A stretch of 64,000 nucleotides of DNA from an uncultured delta proteobacterium (GTDB lineage Bacteria; Desulfobacterota; Binatia; DP-6), in contig CAVQLX010000018.1 of assembly GCA_963713495.1 (NCBI GenBank), positions 58,563 through 122,562 of the forward strand. The letters run 5' to 3'. Of the stretch, positions 53,397 to 64,000 are shown piece after piece. The notes below the pieces were generated by a model. That model saw nothing but the letters and a program-made list of their open reading frames with translations. It made no database searches and was not told where the DNA came from. Position numbers and translations under genes: made by a program. Position 1 is the first letter of the stretch. Each line of letters begins with the position of its first letter.

Positions 53397-53928
53397 GAGG
53401 AACCCGACCCCCTTTGCGCGCTTGGGACGCTTTCAACGCTAGCCCCTTGTTCCTGTGAACCGCCGTGGTCAGACGCCGGGTCGGCTGGCGCGGATTCGGG
53501 GGAACCCGCGGCGGACTGCTCCGCACCGTTGCGGGCGATGTACGCGGCCAAGTCCTCGGGCGGTGCCAGCCGACGCTCCAGGACAGGGTCCACCAGCGCC
53601 AGCATGAGCCTGGCGATGTGCCGCTCGAGGCGACCCAGGTCATGCACGACCTGCCACGCGCGATGGGAGCGCCGATCGACCCAGGGACGAGGCATCGTGG
53701 ACAGGTACGCCGTGGCGTCGCTGTGCCGGATCTTCGCGAAGGTCAGCAGGTCGAGGATCACCTGCTCCCCCCCGTCGGGTCGTTCTGGAGGTGGTCAGCA
53801 ACCAACTGGTCACGCAGCGTCGCGATGGAGCGCTGCTGCGTCGGCGTGGGGGCCGGTGGCGGACCCGTACGGCCACGGTAGAGGCCAGCCTGGCGGTAGG
53901 GGCGCAGGCGTCGGTGTATCGAGGCCAT
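53393..53928 (-). pseudogene. hypothetical phage-type protein upstream of terminase (small-terminase position), frameshifted in a C7 run
   Basis: ATG 53928 (MASIHRRLRPYRQAGLYRGRTG...HLQNDPTGG) joins ..EQVILDLLTFAKIRHSDATAYLS... if the C7 run at 53767-53773 is C8. Its stop overlaps the terminase GTG (GTGA). Confidence 0.35.
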
Positions 53929-54048
53929 CCCGCGCCCGACTATGGCGGGATCGCCGTCTGTCGTCTCAGGCGTGCAGAGGCATGCGCCCCTTGGGCTTCA
54001 GCGGGCAGCGAAGGACGTACGCGAGGGGTGTGGAATCGAGCACAATGC

Positions 54049-54303
54049 TACCGCGTTGTGGCCGACGGTCACGCCGTCGCCGACGATCGTCGGGAAGCGG
54101 CCCCGCACCGCGTGGATCGTCGCGTTGTCCTGGACGTTGCTGCGCGCCCCGATGCGGACGTGATGCACGTCGGCGCGCACGACGGTGTGGAACCACAGGC
54201 TCGAGGCGGGGCCAATGACCACGTCGCCGACGACGACCGCAAGCTCGGGCACGTAGGCGGTCGCGTCGATCCGCGGCCGGTGGTCGCCGAACGCCGCGAT
54301 CAT
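54049..54303 (-). pseudogene. gamma-carbonic anhydrase-like (LbH) protein, N-terminal half
   Basis: MIAAFGDHRPRIDATAYVPELAVVVGDVVIGPASSLWFHTVVRADVHHVRIGARSNVQDNATIHAVRGRFPTIVGDGVTVGHNAV, then unrelated ALCSIPHPSRTSFAAR and a stop inside the insertion. Confidence 0.8.
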
Positions 54304-54461
54304 GGTGCGTATTGTCTAGCAACGGTCGCTCGCCCGCGGCAAGGGGCCGCGGCGCACGTCCGGCGTCACCTGATCTGGACGCCCGGGCGACGGTGCGGTA
54401 ACGCTGGCGCCACGACCGGAATCGATCGCACCACCCGTCTACCGATCCCGAGGGAGGACAT

Positions 54462-55622
54462 GTGACCCCGAGCGGTCTGCGCGTCGCCGACAGCGACATG
54501 CACATCTTCGAGCCCGCCGACCTCTGGCAGCGCTACATCGATCCGGCGTGGCGACACGCCGCGCCCGTCGGGCTCACCGAGATGCGGCGCGACATGCGCG
54601 TGAAGGTGAAGTCGCACGTCATCCTGCGGATGGGTGGCGTCCGGCCGCAGAGCGAGCACAGCGCGTGGAAGGAGGACAACGAGGGTCCGTACTCCCACGC
54701 CGAGCGGCAGGGCTGGAGCCCGGGTTCGCAGAAGGAGGCGATGGACGCCGAGGGTCTCGATCTGGCCGTGCTCTTCCCCACGCGCGGCCTCTTCGTGCTC
54801 GGGCTGGACACGCCGCAGATGGTCGGCGCGGACGGCCTCGAGCCGCCGCTCGCCGCCGCGATTGCCCGCGCCTACAACGACTGGCTGCACGACTTCTGCG
54901 GCGCGCACCCGGATCGCTTCTTCGGCGCCGGGATGGTGGCACCGCACGACGTCGACGCGGCGGTCGGCGAGGCGCGTCGCTGCGCGCGGGAGCTCGGCTT
55001 CAAGGCCGTCATGCTGTCGCCGGGCGCGGTGAACCGCCGTCCGTGGCATCACCCCGCCTACGACCCGCTGTGGGCGGAGTGCGAGCGCCTCGGCATCACG
55101 GTCGGGTTTCACGGCGGCGGCCAGAACTACCTGCGGCCGGACTTCTCGCTCGAGATCTTCGACCGCCTGATGATGTGGCACACGTTCAGCCAGCCGCTCG
55201 GCATCATGGCGACGGCCGTCAGCCTCACCGCCGGCGGCGTGTGCGAGCGCTTTCCGGCGCTCCGCTTCGCGCTCCTCGAGGGGAACTGCTCGTGGGCGCC
55301 GTGGCTCTTCTACCGCCTGGACGAGCACTACGAGTGGGTCGGGCGGTTCGAGGCGCCCGACCTGCGGATGAAGCCCTCGGAGTACTTCCGCCGCAACTGC
55401 TGGCTGTCCGTCGAGGCCGACGAGGAGACCGTGCGACAGTACGTGGAGGTCTTCGGCGACGACAACCTCGTCTTCTCGACCGACTATCCGCACGCCGACT
55501 CGAAGTATCCGCGGGCGGTGGAGACCTTCCTCACCCTTCCCCTGTCCGACGTGTCGAAGCGGAAGATCCTGTGGGACAACTGGTGCCGGCTCTACGACGT
55601 GCCGGCGCCGGCCGGTCGGTGA
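54462..55622 (+). CDS. amidohydrolase-2 family metal-dependent hydrolase/decarboxylase
   Basis: RBS GAGGGAGGA plus GTG start. N-terminal metal-binding context DSDMHIFEP, then GFKAVMLSP, and STDYPHAD near the C-terminus. Confidence 0.8.
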   Translation: MTPSGLRVADSDMHIFEPADLWQRYIDPAWRHAAPVGLTEMRRDMRVKVKSHVILRMGGVRPQSEHSAWKEDNEGPYSHAERQGWSPGSQKEAMDAEGLDLAVLFPTRGLFVLGLDTPQMVGADGLEPPLAAAIARAYNDWLHDFCGAHPDRFFGAGMVAPHDVDAAVGEARRCARELGFKAVMLSPGAVNRRPWHHPAYDPLWAECERLGITVGFHGGGQNYLRPDFSLEIFDRLMMWHTFSQPLGIMATAVSLTAGGVCERFPALRFALLEGNCSWAPWLFYRLDEHYEWVGRFEAPDLRMKPSEYFRRNCWLSVEADEETVRQYVEVFGDDNLVFSTDYPHADSKYPRAVETFLTLPLSDVSKRKILWDNWCRLYDVPAPAGR

Positions 55623-55643
55623 GGTCCCGACACGCGGTCCCGA

Positions 55644-55672
55644 TTGCGCAACAGATCCCGTTGCGCTAGGTT
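55644..55672 (+). promoter_or_regulatory. candidate promoter/operator of the toxin-antitoxin operon (TTGCGCAA palindrome, TTGCGC-N17-TAGGTT)
   Basis: TTGCGCAA (self-complementary) and a second TTGCGCTA lie 9 nt apart. The -10-like hexamer ends 5 nt before ATG 55678, which would make the mRNA leaderless or nearly so. Confidence 0.35.
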
Positions 55673-55677
55673 CGGGC

Positions 55678-56010
55678 ATGGCCGTCGCGACCGCCGCCAA
55701 GATTCGCGCGCTCAAGCGCGATTTCCGCACCGGGGCGGCGCTCGCCGATCTGCTCGGGGTGAACCGCTCGCAGGTCACCCGCTGGCTCCGCGGCGCAGGC
55801 ATCGACCCGCTCAACGCCGAGAAGATCGACCTCCTCGAGCTCGTGTGGTCCAACCTGCGCCGCCTCTACGACGGCGACGCCGCACGGTCCTGGCTGTTCG
55901 GGTTGAACCCACATCTCGGCGACCGCCGGCCCATCGACGTCATCCGCACCGGTCGCGTGGAGGAGCTCATGCGTGCCATCCGCGCCGAGCGCGCGGACGC
56001 GTTCGCGTGA
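55678..56010 (+). CDS. Xre-family antitoxin with DUF2384-like C-domain (MbcA/ParS type)
   Basis: HTH LADLLGVNRSQVTRWLRG, then WLFGLNPHLGDRRPIDVIRTGRVEELMRAI. Confidence 0.8.
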   Translation: MAVATAAKIRALKRDFRTGAALADLLGVNRSQVTRWLRGAGIDPLNAEKIDLLELVWSNLRRLYDGDAARSWLFGLNPHLGDRRPIDVIRTGRVEELMRAIRAERADAFA

Positions 56011-56558
56011 TCCTGCACCGCTGCTTCGCATGGGAGCGGCGCGCCGCGCCGGACACGCCCGGCGGGGCGCTGTGGTTCGCCCGTCCGTTCCAGGGCGATG
56101 GGCGGCACGACAACCCGGACCACTATGGGTGCCTGTACGTGGCGGAGCTGGCCGTGTCGGCGGTGGTGGAGCAGCTCGCGCGCTTCAGGGGGAACGTCCT
56201 GGTGCCGGGGATGCTGCGACGCCGGGGGCTGCCGCTGGCCCTCGCCACGCTCGAGCTCGACGATCGCGCGCGGTTGATCGACCTCGACAGCCCCGAGGTG
56301 CTGGCGGCGCGCCGGCTGCGGCCGTCGCTGGTCGCCACCCGCCGGCGCGAGCGCACGCAGCCGCAGGCGCTCGCCATCCATGCGGAGGGTGCGGACGGCC
56401 TGCGCTGGTGGTCGACGTTCGAGTCGCTCTGGATGAACCTGACGCTCTTCGACCGGGCGGCGGGGCGGCTCCGCGTGAGCGATGTCCGCGTGCTCGGGCG
56501 CGACCACCGCGCGCTCGGCGAAGCGCTCGAGCTGCTCGGCATTGCGCCCGGAAGGTGA
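56007..56558 (+). CDS. RES-domain toxin (MbcT/ParT type)
   Basis: GTGA overlap with the antitoxin. Contains GRHDNPDHYGCLYVAE (R..E of RES) and a later WWSTFES region. 183 aa. Confidence 0.8.
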   Translation: MILHRCFAWERRAAPDTPGGALWFARPFQGDGRHDNPDHYGCLYVAELAVSAVVEQLARFRGNVLVPGMLRRRGLPLALATLELDDRARLIDLDSPEVLAARRLRPSLVATRRRERTQPQALAIHAEGADGLRWWSTFESLWMNLTLFDRAAGRLRVSDVRVLGRDHRALGEALELLGIAPGR

Positions 56559-56594
56559 GGGGAGGGTCCTCGAGGCGCGACCTGCCCAGCCGCG

Positions 56595-56624
56595 TTGACA
56601 CCCGGAAACGCCGGCGACTACGCT
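56595..56624 (+). promoter_or_regulatory. candidate sigma-70-type promoter TTGACA-N18-TACGCT
   Basis: A consensus -35. The TTG that the ORF track uses as start codon is the first 3 nt of this hexamer. The -10 ends 6 nt before GTG 56631. Confidence 0.3.
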
Positions 56625-56630
56625 CCCGAC

Positions 56631-57461
56631 GTGGGCGATCGCGAGCCTCGGGAGCCAGAGCCTGCGTACCGGCTCGCTGCGGCCGGGCGCGAAGAGGCCG
56701 AAGACCAGCGGTTGGGCCTCCTGGAAAGCATCTTCGATCCGGGCTCGCGCCGACGCCGGGCCCTGGTGCAGCCCGGTTGGCGGTGCCTCGAGATCGGCGC
56801 CGGGCGCGGATCGATGGCCGTCTGGTTGGCTCGGCAGGTCGGCGAGCACGGTCAGGTCGTCGCGACCGACATCGACGTGAACTACTTGAAGCGGCTCGAT
56901 GTCCCGAACCTCGAGGTTCGCCGCCACGACATCCTCGAGGACTCGCTGGATGTCCTCGGCCCGGGGTCGTTCGACCTGGTCTGCTCGCGGCTCATGTTGT
57001 TCTGGCTCGTCGGCCGCCAGGAAGAAGCCATCCGGCGCATGGCGGAGTGCCTGCGACCAGGCGGCTGGCTCGTCGACGAAGACGGTGACTGGGGTACCGT
57101 CGTGCCCGTCGATCCGGCCCATCCTCAATACGAGCGCTACAACAGGGTCTGGCGCAAAGGCGAATGGTGGGCAGACCGCGGATACGACCCCGCCTTCGGA
57201 CGTAAGCTGCCGGCGCTATTCGAGCGCTGCGGCCTGCGGAACATCCACCACGAGGCCACGGCGGAGGTGGTGCGCGGAACCAGCACGTGGGGACGATGGT
57301 GGCTTCAGACGCTCGAGGTGATGCGTGACACCGACCGGGGCGCCAACCCGAGCCAGGCGCGCGAGGAAGAGTACGCGGTTCTCACGGCCCCGTGGACCGA
57401 TCCCGCCTTCTGGTTCCTCAGCGCGTTGCTGCACGGCTGCTCGGGCCAGCGCCTGGTCTAA
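56631..57461 (+). CDS. class I SAM-dependent methyltransferase
   Basis: Motif I CLEIGAGRGSMAVWLA, acidic loop VVATDID, and post-I LRPGGWLV. The start is GTG 56631, or TTG 56595 as in the track. Confidence 0.8.
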   Translation: MGDREPREPEPAYRLAAAGREEAEDQRLGLLESIFDPGSRRRRALVQPGWRCLEIGAGRGSMAVWLARQVGEHGQVVATDIDVNYLKRLDVPNLEVRRHDILEDSLDVLGPGSFDLVCSRLMLFWLVGRQEEAIRRMAECLRPGGWLVDEDGDWGTVVPVDPAHPQYERYNRVWRKGEWWADRGYDPAFGRKLPALFERCGLRNIHHEATAEVVRGTSTWGRWWLQTLEVMRDTDRGANPSQAREEEYAVLTAPWTDPAFWFLSALLHGCSGQRLV

Positions 57462-57540
57462 TCCGCGCCGTCGCGCATCGGATGTCGCGTCGCTTGCCCG
57501 GCGTGCGACCGCCTGCTAGTTGACGGCATGGCGCTCGTGA

Positions 57541-59036
<1,496 letters not shown>

Positions 59037-59037
<1 letters not shown>

Positions 59038-60575
59038 TGCTCCTCATCCTCGACTTCGGCTCCCAGTACACGCAGCTGATCGCCCGCCGCGTGCGCGAGC
59101 TGCACGTGTACAGCGAGATCCACCCGTACGACGTCAGCCTCGACGTCATCCGGCGACTCGAGCCGGAGGGCATCATCCTGTCGGGCGGTCCCGCCAGCGT
59201 CTACGCCGACGACGCGCCGATGCCGCGGCCGGAGGTCGTGGACCTGCTGCGCGACGGAGCGCCGCCGGTGCTCGGCGTCTGCTACGGCATGAACGTCCTC
59301 AACCTGGCGTTCGGCGGCGAGGTGGACCGCGCCGCGCACAAGGAGTTCGGCCCGGCCGACGTGCGCATCGTGCGCATGGATCCGCTGCTCTCGATCGGCG
59401 GCCGCACCACGCGCGTCTGGATGAGCCACGGCGACCGCCTGACGCGCCTCGGCGCTGATCTCGAGACGCTCGCCAGCAGCGACAACTCGCCGTACGCGGC
59501 CTTCCGCCACCGCGAGCGCCCGATCTACGGGTTGCAGTTCCATCCCGAGGTGACCCACAGCGTCGACGGGCGGGAGATCCTGCGCAACTTCGTGCTGCGC
59601 GTCTGCGGTGCGCGCCCGGACTGGACCATGGAGCACTTCGTCGACAGCTGGGTGCCGCGCATCCGCGAGCGCGTCGGGTCGAAGCGCGTGCTGTGCGCGC
59701 TCTCGGGCGGCGTCGACTCGACGGTGGTGGCGGCGCTCGTGCACCGCGCCCTCGGCGAGCGCCTGAGCTGCATCTTCGTCGACAACGGGCTGCTGCGCGC
59801 CGGAGAGGCCGACGACGTGATGGCGCTCTTCCGCCAGCGCATGGCCCTGGACGTGCGCTGCGCCGAGGCGGGCCCGCGATTCCTCGCGAACCTCGCGGGC
59901 GTCGACGACCCGGAGCGCAAGCGCCGCATCATCGGCCTGACCTTCATCGAGGTGTTCGAGGAGGAGGCGGCGCGCCTGCCGGACGCCATGTTCCTCGCCC
60001 AGGGGACGCTCTATCCGGACGTCATCGAGTCCGTGTCGGTGCGCGGACCGTCGGCCACCATCAAGAGTCACCACAACGTGGGCGGGCTGCCCGAGCGCAT
60101 GAAGCTCGAGCTGCTGGAGCCGTTGCGCGAGCTGTTCAAGGACGAGGTCCGGGCGCTCGGTCGCGTCCTCGAGGTCCCGGAGGAGATCGTGATGCGCCAG
60201 CCGTTTCCCGGCCCCGGGCTGGCGGTACGCATCCTCGGGCCGGTCGACGAGGAGCGCCTCACCATCCTGCGCGCCGCCGACGCCGTCGTGCAGCAGGAGA
60301 TCTCGCGCACCGAGCTGGGCGAGAGCCTCTGGCAGTCGTTCGCCGTCCTCCTGCCGGTGCGCACGGTCGGCGTGATGGGCGACGAGCGCACGTACGAGAA
60401 CGTCATCGCCGTCCGCGCCGTGCGCTCGACCGATGGCATGACCGCCGACTGGGCACGTCTCCCGGACGAGCTGCTGGCCCGCGTGTCGACTCGCATCATC
60501 AACGAGGTGCGAGGCGTGAACCGCGTGGTCTACGACATCTCGTCGAAGCCACCCGCCACCATCGAATGGGAGTGA
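59037..60575 (+). CDS. guaA: glutamine-hydrolysing GMP synthase
   Basis: The GTG start shares one nt with the guaB TAG. GATase segments ILDFGSQYTQLIARR and VLGVCYGM, PP-loop ALSGGVDSTV, and C-terminal PPATIEWE. Confidence 0.95.
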
Positions 60576-60588
60576 TGTCCGCCTCCGG

Positions 60589-60616
60589 TTGACTGGCGGC
60601 GCCGGCGCGCTACCCT
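60589..60616 (+). promoter_or_regulatory. candidate promoter TTGACT-N16-TACCCT
   Basis: Lies in the guaA to next-gene spacer. It has the same cggTTGAC...gcTACC pattern as 61234-61263. Confidence 0.3.
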
Positions 60617-60691
60617 CCATCGCAGCGTGAGGCATGTCGCCCACGCGAGAAACCCCGCCGGGAGCGCACAGCCCCCGCGAGAGGAGGACCG

Positions 60692-61198
60692 ATGTATCCA
60701 GGAACGATGCACTGGTGGCTACGCCGCCGGTGGGAAGCGGACTGGCGCCCGCACGCCGGGTGCGGCACGGGAGGGCGCCGCCACTTCGGGAGCGAGCACC
60801 GCTCGCGCTGGTCCGAATGGCACGCCGCGCACGACGACGGGCCCGACGTGGGCGCGAGCGCCTTCGGCGTCCGACGGCCGCTGCGCTTCCTCGCCTTCAA
60901 GCTCGGGCTCGACGAGCGACAGGTGGGCGAGCTGGCTCGCATCCTGAACGCGCTCAAGACCGAGCGCGCCCAGGGTGAGGTGGACCGCAGGCGCGCCAGC
61001 GCGGGCCTGGCGGATGCCATGGCCAGCCCGAGCTTCGACGCGCAGGCCGTCAACGACGCGGCGACGGCTCGCGTGCGCAGCGCCGAGCGGCTGCGCGACG
61101 CCGTCACCACGGCGCTCCGTGAGCTCCACGCGCTGCTCGATCCCGAGCAACGCGCGCAGCTGGCCTACCTGATCCGGACGGGCACGCTGCACATCTGA
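60692..61198 (+). CDS. Spy/CpxP/heavy-metal-sensor-like helical protein (LTXXQ-type family), no obvious signal peptide
   Basis: RBS GAGAGGAGGA. Contains LGLDERQVGELARILNALKTERAQ and LLDPEQRAQLAYLI helical repeats. Confidence 0.45.
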   Translation: MYPGTMHWWLRRRWEADWRPHAGCGTGGRRHFGSEHRSRWSEWHAAHDDGPDVGASAFGVRRPLRFLAFKLGLDERQVGELARILNALKTERAQGEVDRRRASAGLADAMASPSFDAQAVNDAATARVRSAERLRDAVTTALRELHALLDPEQRAQLAYLIRTGTLHI

Positions 61199-61233
61199 GC
61201 GCGTCGCGGGATCGCCGCCTGGCCCCACCTCGG

Positions 61234-61263
61234 TTGACCATGCCCGTGTGGCCGCGCTACCGT
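61234..61263 (+). promoter_or_regulatory. candidate promoter TTGACC-N18-TACCGT upstream of dnaE
   Basis: Pattern match only; about 50 nt upstream of ATG 61313. Confidence 0.3.
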
Positions 61264-61312
61264 CCGTATCCGCGGTCCGCAGAACGGGACGGGAGGAGGG
61301 GCTCAGGCGGCG

Positions 61313-64000
<2,688 letters not shown>

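Larger units (their letters stand above)
44588..54048. mobile_element. 9461-bp decayed integrative/prophage-like insertion splitting the gamma-CA-like gene
   Basis: It is bounded by the two gene halves. The only sequence shared at both junctions is the dinucleotide AC (+ strand). Contents are a recombinase tail, gene fragments, an IS110 remnant, terminase remnants and cargo genes. The YfhO-like segment looks less GC-rich. Confidence 0.65.

Noticed and set aside
44579-54060. Longer target-site duplication or terminal inverted repeats at the ends of the 9.46-kb insertion
   Set aside because: Beyond the shared AC dinucleotide, I could find no repeat between 44588-44640 and 54000-54048 on either strand.

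Overview
Very GC-rich bacterial chromosomal segment (G+C judged by eye, not computed). Third codon positions are almost all G/C, so many long antisense ORFs in the track are artefacts. The backbone is housekeeping operons, mostly on the + strand and chained by 4-bp ATGA/GTGA overlaps. In order these are: S8 peptidase-tilS; ftsH-folP-cdaA-cdaR-glmM; nnr-tsaE; lysC-cimA-cysteine desulfurase-mnmA-mtaB-rnc-era-der; amidohydrolase; an Xre/RES toxin-antitoxin pair; a methyltransferase; guaB-guaA; a Spy/CpxP-like gene; and dnaE, which runs off the 3' end. A Cys-rich secreted protein gene runs off the 5' end. Both edge genes are absent from the ORF track. Two accessory blocks interrupt the backbone. 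(1) A hydrogenase island of about 21.9 kb (about 12.9-34.8 kb) lies between tsaE and a displaced, diverged copy of the tsaE 3' end. It carries two paralogous group 1h/5-type [NiFe]-hydrogenases, a full hyp/hupD maturation set, a receiver-less sigma-54 activator and a sigma-54-type promoter. One hydrogenase paralogue is translationally coupled to a PAS histidine kinase and a REC-PAS response regulator. I consider this candidate H2-sensing circuit the most interesting signal in the window. (2) A 9.46-kb decayed mobile or prophage-like insertion (44588-54048) splits a gamma-carbonic-anhydrase-like gene into two halves. It carries a recombinase tail, gene fragments, an ICMT-family methyltransferase, a YfhO-like membrane protein, an IS110 remnant, a P450 and terminase remnants. 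At least ten otherwise conserved genes show +/-1 frameshifts, mostly at G/C homopolymers. Housekeeping genes (nnr, mnmA, probably der) are among them, so assembly indel error is more likely than decay outside the insertion. I saw no rRNA, tRNA or CRISPR.
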